A stretch of DNA of 64,000 nt from Candidatus Thorarchaeota archaeon (GTDB lineage Archaea > Asgardarchaeota > Thorarchaeia > Thorarchaeales > Thorarchaeaceae), in NCBI GenBank assembly GCA_003345545.1, contig PRDH01000012.1:19177-83176 (forward strand), given 5' to 3'. A program made the translations under genes and the position numbers. The notes beneath the pieces are model-generated. The model ran no database searches and had not been told where the DNA came from. It was given only the letters and a program-made list of their open reading frames with translations. Positions 19,234-29,201 of the stretch are shown here, piece by piece (within the stretch, counting starts at the first letter, position 1; each line of letters opens with the position of its first letter).

Positions 19234-20142
19234 ATGTCAAAGAAGCCAGAACTAAAAGACCTGCCCGGATTAGGCCCAAAGATTGAAGAGAAGCTCAGAG
19301 AGGCTGGGATAAAGACAGTACTCAGTCTATCGCGGGCTAGCGCAGACAAGCTTGCTGAGAAGGTAGATGGACTCAGCGTGAGCCGTGCACAGACACTGAT
19401 TGCCGCAGCTCAAAATACCCTTCAAAGTGCTCCATCGAGGGAAGTGAAACCCAAGAAGACTGAAGCCAAGGAAGAGGTGCCTAAGAAGAAGGCTGCTGTG
19501 AAGAAGGAACCCAAAGAGAAAGCCGAGGCGAAGAAAGAGGCACCGAAGAAGACTGCAGCAAAGAAGGTCTCAGAGAAGAAGGGAGAGGTCACCACAGAGA
19601 AACCAAAACCTTCGAAGAAGTCAAAGGCAACGAAGGTCAAGCCAAAGGTCAGAGCTGTAAAGAAAGAAAAGAAAGAGAAACACGAAGTTCCGCTCAGATT
19701 CAAGAATGTAGACCAACGGCTTGTAAGAATCGCACGGAACAAGAAGATGCGTATGCCTCCGTTTCAGCACGAGAATGCGCATCGCTGGACTCGTGTCGCT
19801 AGGAGATGGCGGCAAGTACGTGGAATTGACAGCTATACCAGACAGAAGAAACATGGTCGAATTGCCATGGTAAGATCAGGGTACAGAACTCCCAAGGCCA
19901 TTCGGAATCTTCATCCATCTATGTTCATCGAGATTCCAGTTTCCAGACCATCGGACCTTCAGAATCTTAATCCTGACATCCACGCAATACGCATTGCTGG
20001 AACAGTAGGAGGAAGAAAGCGTCAGGAAATTCTTTCGGCGGCAGATGCAAAGCTCCTACGGGTACTTAATCCAGGCACAACCGAAGAGATTGGTGAAGAA
20101 GATCTCTTCACTGACCTAGACTTGGAGGAGGAAAAATCATGA
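19234..20142 (+). CDS. rpl32e: 50S ribosomal protein eL32 with N-terminal HhH domain and Lys/Glu/Ala-rich linker
   Basis: LPGLGPK HhH; C-terminal WRQVRGIDS...GYRTPKAIRNLHPS...LRVLN. Confidence 0.93.
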   Translation: MSKKPELKDLPGLGPKIEEKLREAGIKTVLSLSRASADKLAEKVDGLSVSRAQTLIAAAQNTLQSAPSREVKPKKTEAKEEVPKKKAAVKKEPKEKAEAKKEAPKKTAAKKVSEKKGEVTTEKPKPSKKSKATKVKPKVRAVKKEKKEKHEVPLRFKNVDQRLVRIARNKKMRMPPFQHENAHRWTRVARRWRQVRGIDSYTRQKKHGRIAMVRSGYRTPKAIRNLHPSMFIEIPVSRPSDLQNLNPDIHAIRIAGTVGGRKRQEILSAADAKLLRVLNPGTTEEIGEEDLFTDLDLEEEKS

Positions 20143-20591
20143 AACTCTCCACTCAAAAGAGACTAGCTGCTCAAGTATTGAAGGTCGGTACTTCGAGAGT
20201 ATGGATTGACCCAACATTTGAAGATGAAGTCAGTCTAGCAATCACTCGAGAAGACATCAAGCGTCTGATAGACGAGAGGGCCATTCAGAAAAGAGCAGCG
20301 ACCGGTGTCAGCCGGGGTCGAGCTCGTTATGTTCTCGAACAGAAGCGAAAGGGCCATAGAAAGGGGCCTGGCACGAAGAAAGGTAAGGACAGAGCAAAGC
20401 TGACCGGCAAGGACCGTTGGATGATCAGAATACGCCCGATGCGAAAAGAGCTACGCGAGCTTCGCGACAATAATAAGATTACCAGCAGGACCTACCGAGA
20501 ACTATACCTGATGGCCAAGGGTAATGCATTCCGAAATACAGCACACATTAGAATGTATATTTCAGAGCACAAGCTGGAGGTGTCCAAGTAA
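20139..20591 (+). CDS. rpl19e: 50S ribosomal protein eL19
   Basis: [28 protein letters not shown]. Confidence 0.97.
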   Translation: MKLSTQKRLAAQVLKVGTSRVWIDPTFEDEVSLAITREDIKRLIDERAIQKRAATGVSRGRARYVLEQKRKGHRKGPGTKKGKDRAKLTGKDRWMIRIRPMRKELRELRDNNKITSRTYRELYLMAKGNAFRNTAHIRMYISEHKLEVSK

Positions 20592-21361
20592 TGGCGCAGG
20601 GGCCAATGTACCGAGTGAAGTTCCGCCGTCGACGAGAAGGTAAAACAAACTATTACCGCCGCCGCAGTCTACTACAATCACGACGGGCAAGACTCGTTGT
20701 AAGAAAGACCAATGCAGACATGATAGTCCAAGTCATCAATGCCAGCGTTGGAGGAGATATGACTGTAGCATCAGCGTCTGCAAAAGAACTCACTGACCAT
20801 GGTTGGACAGCAGGAACAGCCAATACGCCTGCAGCCTATTTGACAGGACTCCTAGCAGGCTTGAGAGCAAAGAGCCGAGGAGTCAATGAAGCAGTGTTAG
20901 ATATCGGACTTAACCCTCCTACAAAGGGCTCAAGAATTTACGCTGCACTCAAGGGAGCGCTTGATGCTGGCCTTGACGTACCGCACAGCCCAGATGTTCT
21001 CCCGGATGACTCAAGAATCTCAGGAGAGCATATTGTTGCCGGGTATGACCACTTCAGTGGAGTAGATGGCACCCTGATGTACATCAGAGTGGGCAAGAAG
21101 AAGACAGCCATCACAGCAATACCAAAGCAGGTAGAAACTGTAAGGAAGGCGCTTCAGGCGATTCCAGCTGCTGATCTCAAGAAGAAGAAGACAAAGAAGG
21201 CTCCCGCAAAGGCGAAGGCGGCCGCTGAAAAACCAGCGAAGAAAGCAAAGAAGGAAGTACCTTCCGTCAGACCTCAGCGGGCAGTACCAAGGAAACCCAA
21301 GCCCAAGAAGTTGCTTGCCAGAGGTAAGGGCAAGAAGGCTAAGAAGGAAGCAACGGAGTAG
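20591..21361 (+). CDS. rpl18: 50S ribosomal protein uL18 with basic C-terminal extension
   Basis: [21 protein letters not shown]. Confidence 0.97.
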   Translation: MAQGPMYRVKFRRRREGKTNYYRRRSLLQSRRARLVVRKTNADMIVQVINASVGGDMTVASASAKELTDHGWTAGTANTPAAYLTGLLAGLRAKSRGVNEAVLDIGLNPPTKGSRIYAALKGALDAGLDVPHSPDVLPDDSRISGEHIVAGYDHFSGVDGTLMYIRVGKKKTAITAIPKQVETVRKALQAIPAADLKKKKTKKAPAKAKAAAEKPAKKAKKEVPSVRPQRAVPRKPKPKKLLARGKGKKAKKEATE

Positions 21362-21374
21362 GGGATGATTGGTG

Positions 21375-22052
21375 ATGAGTAAACAACAAAGAAGAAGAGC
21401 ACCCCGACCAGAAATCAACCCGCTGGATGAGTGGACTCCAAAGACGAAGCTTGGAAGGCTCGTCAAAGATGGCCACATTAACGGTATAGAGGAAATCCTG
21501 GAGAACAACTACAGAATCAGGGAACCCGAGATTGTGGATGCTCTCTTCCCAGAGCTGAAACAAGAGGTTGTCGATGTCAGTATGGTACAACGCCAGTCTG
21601 ACAGTGGACAGCAGAAGAGCTTCAGGATTACCGTCATTGTCGGAAATGGTGAGGGTGTGCTCGGGATTGGAGTGGGAAAAGCTCCCGAATTTGTCCCTGC
21701 CGTCCGTGCAGCTGAATCACGAGCTAAACTAAACATCACGAAATTCCGAAGAGGATGTGGGTCTTGGGAGTGCAGATGTCATGATCCTCATAGTATTCCG
21801 TTCGAGGTGCACGGAACATCAGGGTCTGTTAGTGTCACCCTTAGGCCGGCACCGAAAGGAACAGGACTTGTGACTGCTGATGTTGGCAAGATTGTGCTGC
21901 GAATTGCTGGCCTTAACGATGTGTGGTCCATATCCAAGGGACGCTCGCGGACATCATCCAATTTCGCCAAGGCATTCGTTGACGCACTCTTACAGACCTA
22001 CAAGATGCTACCACCACAGGAGTGGGTTTCATCGGGGGCGACTGAGCAATGA
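21375..22052 (+). CDS. rps5: 30S ribosomal protein uS5
   Basis: WTPKTKLGRLV, RGCGSWEC, PAPKGTGL. Confidence 0.97.
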   Translation: MSKQQRRRAPRPEINPLDEWTPKTKLGRLVKDGHINGIEEILENNYRIREPEIVDALFPELKQEVVDVSMVQRQSDSGQQKSFRITVIVGNGEGVLGIGVGKAPEFVPAVRAAESRAKLNITKFRRGCGSWECRCHDPHSIPFEVHGTSGSVSVTLRPAPKGTGLVTADVGKIVLRIAGLNDVWSISKGRSRTSSNFAKAFVDALLQTYKMLPPQEWVSSGATEQ

Positions 22053-22531
22053 GGGAAGACGAGAAAGTCATCCTTGCAATTCGGGTCAGAGGTATAGCAA
22101 GAGTTCGACCTCAAATAGAAGACACTCTTGACAAGCTGCTTCTTGGTCGTGTACACCAAGCAAGAATCATCAAGACTACGCCAAGCATGCAAGGTATGAT
22201 CACAAAGGCCAAGGACTTCATTACTTGGGGAGTGCCCTCTGAAGAGGTGATTGAGAAGCTCCTCACAAAGAGAGGGCGAGTTCCAGGCAATGCACATCTG
22301 ACTGACGCCTATGTGAAGAAGAACTCGAGCCACAGCAGTGTGAAGGCCTTGGCAAAGGCCATCGCATCAGGGAAGGCCTCGGTCACTGATGTTGAGGGTC
22401 TGAAGCCTGTCTTTCGACTCACACCGCCGACAAAGGGATTCAGAGGAACAAAGTACCTGCCAATTGGCATGGGTGGCATCACTGGTGACCGTGGCGAAGG
22501 TATAAGCGAACTCGCACTACGTATGATCTGA
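22049..22531 (+). CDS. rpl30: 50S ribosomal protein uL30
   Basis: AIRVRG, ITWG, FRLTPP.KG. Confidence 0.95.
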   Translation: MREDEKVILAIRVRGIARVRPQIEDTLDKLLLGRVHQARIIKTTPSMQGMITKAKDFITWGVPSEEVIEKLLTKRGRVPGNAHLTDAYVKKNSSHSSVKALAKAIASGKASVTDVEGLKPVFRLTPPTKGFRGTKYLPIGMGGITGDRGEGISELALRMI

Positions 22532-22541
22532 GGGATAACAT

Positions 22542-23081
22542 ATGTCTTGGGACAACGATCATGATGATAATGATGATGAGAATAAGAAGAGAATACGCCG
22601 TTGGTTTGGCGACTTCATCCCAGAGGAGGTACTTAAGCAGATCGAAGAGATGATGGAACGAATGATGTCAGAGATGAATCAAGGTGCATTCATGAATCCT
22701 GAAGGCTTCGAGGAGATGCTTAAGAACCAAGAGGGAACAAATCCATTCCTGTTTGGTTTCTCCATGAATCTAGGCCCAGACGGAAAGCCCATAATACAGC
22801 GATTTGGTAACACACCAGGTGAAGAAGGAGAAACTCATACTCTTGAACCTCTGGTAGATGTTGTAGAGGAAGACGGCGAGATCATCGTTGTTGCAGAGGT
22901 ACCTGGAGTGGATAGAGACGAGATCAAGGTCCGAATCAAAGGAACCGAACTGACAATCCATGCAGAGAATCCAGAGAGGCCTTATCATAAGGTCATTAAA
23001 CTACCGTCAAAGGTAAAGAAAGACGAGGCGAAATCAGCAATACGAAACGGCGTGCTGGAAGTACGATTGAAGAAGATATAG
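22542..23081 (+). CDS. hsp20: Small heat shock protein Hsp20 (archaeal type)
   Basis: GFSMNLGPDGKP...FGN, EPLVDV, AEVPGV, NGVLEVRL. Confidence 0.93.
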   Translation: MSWDNDHDDNDDENKKRIRRWFGDFIPEEVLKQIEEMMERMMSEMNQGAFMNPEGFEEMLKNQEGTNPFLFGFSMNLGPDGKPIIQRFGNTPGEEGETHTLEPLVDVVEEDGEIIVVAEVPGVDRDEIKVRIKGTELTIHAENPERPYHKVIKLPSKVKKDEAKSAIRNGVLEVRLKKI

Positions 23082-23097
23082 AAAGGAGATTGCAGCT

Positions 23098-23565
23098 ATG
23101 CAAAGGAGAACACCAAAGAGAGCTCTCAAGATGAGAGGCCTTAGATCACAAGGCTATGGACATACCAAAGGACATAGGGCTGCTGGACAGAGAGGCGGCA
23201 AGGGTATGGCCGGCTCACATAAGCATCATTATCAGAAGAGACTGCAGGACAATCCACACTACTTTGGTAAGTGGGGATTCAAGAGACCGCAGAAGCTGCT
23301 TGAGAGTCTATCAGTTATGAATATTGGCGAGATTGATGAGGCTGCTGATAGGCTGGTTGCTGGAAATGTTGCCACAATGACAGGAAAGAGTTACAATATT
23401 GATGTATCCAAGCTTGGTGTTGATAGGATCCTCGGCTCCGGAAAGGTCAACCGAAAGTTGAACCTCACTGGGGTGAAGTCAATCACACCTGGAGCTAGAA
23501 GCAAGGTAACAGCTGCCGGTGGAACTCTCGATCTTCCAGAGGAAGAGAGCAAGCCAACTAGTTGA
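23098..23565 (+). CDS. rpl15: 50S ribosomal protein uL15
   Basis: GQRGGKGMAG, FGKWGF, ILGSG. Confidence 0.96.
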   Translation: MQRRTPKRALKMRGLRSQGYGHTKGHRAAGQRGGKGMAGSHKHHYQKRLQDNPHYFGKWGFKRPQKLLESLSVMNIGEIDEAADRLVAGNVATMTGKSYNIDVSKLGVDRILGSGKVNRKLNLTGVKSITPGARSKVTAAGGTLDLPEEESKPTS

Positions 23566-23751
23566 TTGCCGTTTCTATACAAAGAACATCGGACACCCCA
23601 CACCTGCCTCGCTAATAGTGTCTATGCCTTGGCGGCAATGTTGCGCATGTTGCCGTATTACTTCAGAAGCGGTGCGCATTCAAAACAATCAATATGTTTA
23701 AAGGTATGGGCCAGCTGGAGCCGAAAAGTACCTGCAGGAGGCAAGGTGTGA

Positions 23752-25272
23752 ATGCCTAGCACATTTCTCAAAGCTCTTTCCCCGTTTGTCAGGATACTGC
23801 CTGAAGTAAAGGTGCCTGACAGAAAGGTTTCTTTTCGAGAGAAGATTGTTTGGACTGCTATCGTGCTCATTATCTTCCTTATCATGTCACACATGCCATT
23901 GTACGGCGTGGACAGGACAGTAGGGACAGATTATCTTTGGGCAATGCGAGTCATTCTCGCATCTACTAGAGGCACATTGATGGAGCTGGGAATAGGGCCA
24001 ATTGTCACTGCAGGTCTGGTCATGCAGCTATTGTCTGGTTCCAAGATTATTAGTGTGGACTTTGGAAACCCAGAGGACCGAGCGCTCTTCACTGGTGGTC
24101 AGAAGGTACTGGCTCTGTTCATGACAGCCTTTCAGTCCATTGCATACATCGCAGGCAATGCATATGGTGTTCTAGAGCCAGTAGCAGCGCTTCTAGTGTT
24201 CCTCCAACTCTTAATTTCAGGAATCATCGTGATCCTCATGGATGAGCTTGTGCAGAAGGGATGGGGTCTTGGGTCAGGCGTATCCCTCTTCATCATGACC
24301 AATGTCGCAGGACAGGTTCTCTGGAACATGCTTGATTTCACACAGGTAGAGGGCCCAGGTCCGACAGGCTATGCCGGAGTTGACCCAGCAAATCCAACGG
24401 ATACCGGACTTCCAAACGGTATCATCGCAGCAATACTCTCGAACATCTTGAGAGCATTTGGAATCGGTACAGCCGCGGGACCTGCTGTAGATGCGGGATG
24501 GCTGTTCTTACGTAATGGATTCACTCCAAGCCTCTTCTCAATGCTCATCACATTCAGCATCTTCGGCGCGGTCATCTATCTAGAGTCTGTCCGTGTTGAG
24601 ATACCCCTCCAATATGCGAAGTATCGGGGCATGAAGGCACGGTATCCAATCAAGCTCCTCTATACATCGAACATTCCAGTCATTCTTGCACAGGCACTCT
24701 ATGCAAATGTGCTGTTCTTCGGGCAGATGATCTGGAGCGCCTTCAATAGCGACAATAGCAATCCATTCCTAAGCTGGATAGGTGTCTTCCATAAGGATGC
24801 GGAATCAGGGAGAATGATAGCAGACGGGGGTCTTGCAAGGTACATCACGCCGCCTCAGGGACTGTTCAGCCTAAGAGGGGAAGCTGACTGGCTGCCTCAT
24901 GTTGTCATCTACTTCGTCCTCATGATCCTCCTATGTTGGGGCTTCTCCAAGGTGTGGGTGGACATCTCAGGTATAGCGCCACGTGATGTCTCTCGACAAT
25001 TGCTCAATTCGGGCTACATGGTCCCTGGTTTCAGGACCAGCGAGAAGGTCATGGAGCGGCTACTTGAACGCTACATCCCAGTTGTCGCAGGTCTTGGAGG
25101 GTTCCTGATAGGAGTGCTTGCTGCGACAGCAGATGTCATGGGTGCCCTGGCCAGCGGTACTGGTATCTTGCTGATGGTTTCAATCATCAAGCAGTACTGG
25201 GAGAAGATAGCGAAAGAGCAGCTTGCAGGCATGGGCGGCGAAGGCGTCGCTGGGCTTCTTGGAATATTGTAG
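23752..25272 (+). CDS. secY: Preprotein translocase subunit SecY/Sec61alpha
   Basis: LMELGIGPIVTA, KGWGLGSGVSLFI, YPIKLLYTSNIP, GTGILL. Confidence 0.98.
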   Translation: MPSTFLKALSPFVRILPEVKVPDRKVSFREKIVWTAIVLIIFLIMSHMPLYGVDRTVGTDYLWAMRVILASTRGTLMELGIGPIVTAGLVMQLLSGSKIISVDFGNPEDRALFTGGQKVLALFMTAFQSIAYIAGNAYGVLEPVAALLVFLQLLISGIIVILMDELVQKGWGLGSGVSLFIMTNVAGQVLWNMLDFTQVEGPGPTGYAGVDPANPTDTGLPNGIIAAILSNILRAFGIGTAAGPAVDAGWLFLRNGFTPSLFSMLITFSIFGAVIYLESVRVEIPLQYAKYRGMKARYPIKLLYTSNIPVILAQALYANVLFFGQMIWSAFNSDNSNPFLSWIGVFHKDAESGRMIADGGLARYITPPQGLFSLRGEADWLPHVVIYFVLMILLCWGFSKVWVDISGIAPRDVSRQLLNSGYMVPGFRTSEKVMERLLERYIPVVAGLGGFLIGVLAATADVMGALASGTGILLMVSIIKQYWEKIAKEQLAGMGGEGVAGLLGIL

Positions 25273-25278
25273 AATGGC

Positions 25279-25311
25279 GAGGGGCCTTCGAGCCCCTCTA
25301 TTCTCTCTATT
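25279..25311 (+). terminator. Hairpin plus pyrimidine tract after secY
   Basis: GAGGGGC-CTTCGA-GCCCCTC followed by TATTCTCTCTATT. Confidence 0.6.
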
Positions 25312-25376
25312 GATGCCTTTCATACCACGGTGTATTTATGGGAGCCTCCGTTCCTGTTCACAGAGAGGTTTCAACA

Positions 25377-26417
25377 ATGCCAGAGAGAGTCACTGTCGGG
25401 AATGCAACCGCGAGTAGAGGAGAACTGCAGAAGGGTGTCATCAAGGGAATTGAGCTGAATACAACCACTCCTATTGATATTCCAGTCTTAGTGATGAATG
25501 GAGCGAAGGATGGCCCCACACTGCTTATGGTGTCGACACAACACGGTATAGAGATACAGGGGATTGAGGTCATTCTCAAGATAATGAGAGAGAAGGTCAA
25601 TCCCAAGGAGCTTCGAGGAGCCATCATTGGCATCCCAGTGGAGAACCCACTCGCCTTCATGCATCACCAGTATCTCTCATGGATTGACAACTTGGACCTA
25701 GGTGGTGGTGGAAGTGCCAGCCCTCTGACAGCAGACCAGCCTCATGGGGCATCAACGGAACGCCTGGCGCATGCCCTCTGGAAGGAGGCATGGAGCAAGG
25801 CAGACATGGTCTTGAACATACACTGTAATGTGAGACCTGATTCGCTCTTCTTCACTGAGATCAATGTTGGCAATCCGTCGACCAGGGAGAGGCTAGAGCG
25901 GATGGCACGGGTGTTCGGTGTGACCAATGTAGTGGAGAACATCACTATCAAGAAGAATGCGCCAGATACCCTCACAAACTTGGCCGTAAAGAATGGAGTT
26001 CCGGATATCCTCATCGAACTCATTGATGGCCGATGGATATCAGAACCCTCTACATCAGTTGGCGTCAGAGGCGTTCTCAACATCATGAAGGAGTTCGATA
26101 TGATTGATGGTCCCATTGAGCCACAGAAGAGCGTTCCCATCATTCAAGGTGTGTGTACAGGTCATGGCATCGTGCGGGCAGACAGAGGTGGTCTCATCAG
26201 ATTCAAGAAGACCCCCGGTGAGTTCATGAAGAAGGGCACCGTCTTTGCGGAGATTTATGACCTGTATGGTGATGTCCTTGAAGAGGTGACATGTCCTGTT
26301 GATGGGTACATCTGGGCCTATCCCTGCGGCGACATCTTGGGTACGCCTGGCAGTCTTCAGGCTGTGCAGGCTGGAGCCAACATTGCCTATGCGTTCACAT
26401 CAGACGAGCATCAATAG
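25377..26417 (+). CDS. Succinylglutamate desuccinylase/aspartoacylase (M14) family protein
   Basis: GPTL...QHGIE Zn motif, NIHC, C-terminal biotinyl-like segment (GDVLEEVTCPVDG). Confidence 0.88.
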   Translation: MPERVTVGNATASRGELQKGVIKGIELNTTTPIDIPVLVMNGAKDGPTLLMVSTQHGIEIQGIEVILKIMREKVNPKELRGAIIGIPVENPLAFMHHQYLSWIDNLDLGGGGSASPLTADQPHGASTERLAHALWKEAWSKADMVLNIHCNVRPDSLFFTEINVGNPSTRERLERMARVFGVTNVVENITIKKNAPDTLTNLAVKNGVPDILIELIDGRWISEPSTSVGVRGVLNIMKEFDMIDGPIEPQKSVPIIQGVCTGHGIVRADRGGLIRFKKTPGEFMKKGTVFAEIYDLYGDVLEEVTCPVDGYIWAYPCGDILGTPGSLQAVQAGANIAYAFTSDEHQ

Positions 26418-26693
26418 TATAGCACTTAGTGAGGAAGGGGAGGAGCTGGGGACATATGACCTACCGCAAGATTGGTTTGTGAATCAGCAGAAGAGAGATG
26501 GGAGTTGGTTTCTGTATCTCCTCAAAAGAGCTGGGTACAAATGCCACGGTTTCTGGATTGCTCTTGTCATAAGCAGAATGCTCAAACGTTTCTTTGGATA
26601 GTTCATACCTACGCAGTTCATGTGCATAGAAGGAATTATAACCACCTCATTCGCCCAAGCGGTCAGACTTAGGAGCAAAGGTGATTCTGCCCA

Positions 26694-27284
26694 ATGAAAG
26701 AGTCAAGGAACATAGTCATTGTGACCGGCATTCCGGGTGTCGGAAAGACAACTGTGATCAACACAGCCGTAGATATTGTCAAGCAGAAGCACGGAGAAGA
26801 TGTGCTTGTCTTGAACTTTGGGACTGAGATGTTCGAAGTTGCCTCTAAAGCGGGGCAAGTCAAGGACCGCGATGAGATGAGAAAGATGCCCACTGCACAG
26901 CAACGCGAGAACCAGAGGCTCGCAGGACAATCAATAGCTAAGAAAGCCCGAAAGGCCAGGGTGATTGTGGACACCCATACCCTCATCCAGACCAACAATG
27001 GATACCTGATTGGGCTTCCTGAATGGGTAGTGCGAGAGATTCAACCGAAGACCGTCGTGCTGGTAGAGGCGGACTCCGAGAAGATTGCCAGCCGCAGAAA
27101 CAACGACCCGTCCCGTGCCCGTGATGCTCAGGCTGTCAGTGACATTCAGATTCATCAGGAGATGTGTAGAGCAGCAGCAGTATCTGTAGGAACTCTGACC
27201 GGAGCCACGGTGCGGAGAATCATAAACCACGAGGGCAAAGTTGAAGAAGCTGCCGTCGAACTGGCTCAGACAATAATGGAGTAG
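26694..27284 (+). CDS. adkA: Adenylate kinase (archaeal type)
   Basis: GIPGVGKTT, RDEMRK, VDTH...GYLIGLP. Confidence 0.96.
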   Translation: MKESRNIVIVTGIPGVGKTTVINTAVDIVKQKHGEDVLVLNFGTEMFEVASKAGQVKDRDEMRKMPTAQQRENQRLAGQSIAKKARKARVIVDTHTLIQTNNGYLIGLPEWVVREIQPKTVVLVEADSEKIASRRNNDPSRARDAQAVSDIQIHQEMCRAAAVSVGTLTGATVRRIINHEGKVEEAAVELAQTIME

Positions 27285-27291
27285 AGGCTCG

Positions 27292-27864
27292 TTGCAGGAT
27301 CTCTTCACCGACTTTGCCATATGGTTTGCAACAACATTTCAGTTGTTCCAGTCACCGCCCTTTTCTGGGCTATTCATCATGCTCGTTTCAGTCGCTGTGT
27401 CATCACTGAGTAACCTTGCCATGAGACGATTCTCTGACATGCGAAGGCTGCAACGCCAGCAATTGGAGGTCAAGCAGTATCAGGAGATGGAGAAAGAGGC
27501 GAAGAGAACACAGAATGAGAAGCTTCTCAAGAAGGTACGAAGAAGAAAGGCCTATATCAACCGAATTCAACGGGAGCAGATGAGCTCTCGGTGCAAACCA
27601 TCGCTGATATTCCTGATTCCTTTCATGGTGATATTCACTCTCCTTAGGGCCTTCTATATCGTTGATGGAAGTGAAGTCATTGTTGCAGTCATACCCTTCA
27701 ATCTTCAGAAGGTCCTGCCATTCATTGTGGGGATGGGTGGCCGAGCGACAGAGGCGGGTTTTGGCCTTACGTTCTATATGTTCTACTTCGTAGTAGGGCT
27801 TGGTCTCTCAAGCATCCTTCAACGAATCATGGGTACCCAGGTCATGGCACCACCGATGAGATGA
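27292..27864 (+). CDS. DUF106 / EMC3-TMCO1 (Oxa1 superfamily) membrane insertase
   Basis: TM1, cytosolic coiled coil, KPSLIFLIPF TM2, FY-containing TM3; conserved adk-DUF106-eL34 context. Confidence 0.88.
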   Translation: MQDLFTDFAIWFATTFQLFQSPPFSGLFIMLVSVAVSSLSNLAMRRFSDMRRLQRQQLEVKQYQEMEKEAKRTQNEKLLKKVRRRKAYINRIQREQMSSRCKPSLIFLIPFMVIFTLLRAFYIVDGSEVIVAVIPFNLQKVLPFIVGMGGRATEAGFGLTFYMFYFVVGLGLSSILQRIMGTQVMAPPMR

Positions 27865-27942
27865 TGAATCAACGACCCACCGCTTTGCTTAAAAGAGAAC
27901 AACCACCGGGCTCAAGGGAAAATAGAGGAATGGTGTTGAGAT

Positions 27943-28209
27943 ATGGCAAGGCCCGGTCAACTCACTAGAGGAAAAGCAAATCGTTTGGTAAAGACGCCTG
28001 GCGGCAAGAGTGTTGTACATAGGCAGAAGTTCTACAAGGCTGGAGGCGTCTGTCATTTGACTGGTTCTCAGCTGCAGCTTCCTAAGGCATCACTCTATGG
28101 ATTGAGTAGAAGGTCTAGTCGGTCATCCAAGCGCCCTAACCGGCCATATGGCGGAGTCCTATCTTCAGCAGCTACACGCCGCGAGATAATCACAAAGGCG
28201 CGAGAGTAG
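27943..28209 (+). CDS. rpl34e: 50S ribosomal protein eL34
   Basis: VKTPGG, KRPNRPYGG. Confidence 0.92.
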   Translation: MARPGQLTRGKANRLVKTPGGKSVVHRQKFYKAGGVCHLTGSQLQLPKASLYGLSRRSSRSSKRPNRPYGGVLSSAATRREIITKARE

Positions 28210-28213
28210 AGCG

Positions 28214-28759
28214 ATGAAGCGAGTCATTACTATCGGTGGACTTCATGGTACAGGAAAGAGCTCTGTGGCTGATGCTGTAGCAAAGAGATTCAAGTTGAGG
28301 CGGATTTCCGCAGGAGCAACATTCCGTCAGTTGGCTAAGGAGAGAGGGCTCACCCTAGAGGAGTTCTGCAGGGTGGCGGAGGGAGATGGAGAGATTGACA
28401 AGCTCATCGATGGCGCTCAGAGGAGGGAGGCGGAGAATGGCAATGCTGTCATTGATGGACAGCTTGCAGCATGGATGGCGGGAGAGCATGCGGACCTGAA
28501 GATTCTCTTAACAGCACCTCTCGAAGTGAGAATCAAGAGAATTGCTGCCCGTGATGGAACGGACTTTGAGTTTGCCCGGCGTGAAACCATCCATCGAGAG
28601 GGTAGCGAGAAGGCAAGATATCTCGAATATTACAAGGTAGATGTCACGGATCTGTCTGTCTATGACCTCATTCTGAACACGGGAAAATACCCTCTAGATG
28701 GCGTCAGCAAAATAGTAATTGCGGCTGTTGAAACATACTTTAGGCTAGCAGCACAATGA
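28214..28759 (+). CDS. cmk: Cytidylate kinase
   Basis: ITIGGLHGTGKS, SAGATFR.LA, YDLILNT. Confidence 0.93.
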   Translation: MKRVITIGGLHGTGKSSVADAVAKRFKLRRISAGATFRQLAKERGLTLEEFCRVAEGDGEIDKLIDGAQRREAENGNAVIDGQLAAWMAGEHADLKILLTAPLEVRIKRIAARDGTDFEFARRETIHREGSEKARYLEYYKVDVTDLSVYDLILNTGKYPLDGVSKIVIAAVETYFRLAAQ

Positions 28760-28879
28760 GCATTCTGTGGGCCTAGCGGAAGGCTCTTATTGTTAACGAA
28801 ATTTCGTGTTGTCATTCTCCCAGTCCAGATGGATGATACGCCGAGGTGACTTGGTTGCAGACTATGGACACGGCGAGGT

Positions 28880-29170
28880 GTGACTGATATGAAGCTGTAC
28901 GATATTGGTAGAATCTGTGTAAAAGTGCTAGGCCGTGAAACCGGGAGCCACTGCGTCATCGTTGAAGTTAAGGATAACAACTATGTTGTTGTCACCGGCC
29001 CCAAAGACATTAGCGGTGTCAGACGAAGAAACTGCAATGTCAGACACCTTGAACCATTAGAAACCGTTCTTCCAATCTCAAAAGGTGCCGATGACGAAGC
29101 TGTTGCAAAAGCGATTGCTGATGCAGGACTTACTGAGAAGTTTCGAGAGAAGATTCGGATTGGAATCTAG
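28880..29170 (+). CDS. rpl14e: 50S ribosomal protein eL14
   Basis: IGRICVKVLGRETG, GVRRRNCNVRHLEP. Confidence 0.95.
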   Translation: MTDMKLYDIGRICVKVLGRETGSHCVIVEVKDNNYVVVTGPKDISGVRRRNCNVRHLEPLETVLPISKGADDEAVAKAIADAGLTEKFREKIRIGI

Positions 29171-29201
29171 ACGAATCAACTCGTAATAGGAGTGTCTGCG
29201 A

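Noticed and set aside
18665-19279. Long antisense ORFs over ribosomal and other conserved genes (e.g. 204 aa here, 214 aa at 46061-46705)
   Set aside because: Antisense shadows of well-conserved genes, with no motif support.
13673-25272. Genome-wide TAG reassignment (e.g. pyrrolysine) suggested by two TAG-split ORFs
   Set aside because: Conserved genes (uL22, uL6, secY, actin) end at TAG at their expected C-termini, so TAG is a normal stop.
26299-26693. Short ORFs in the gap before adk
   Set aside because: No recognisable motifs, mutually overlapping frames; likely non-coding promoter region.
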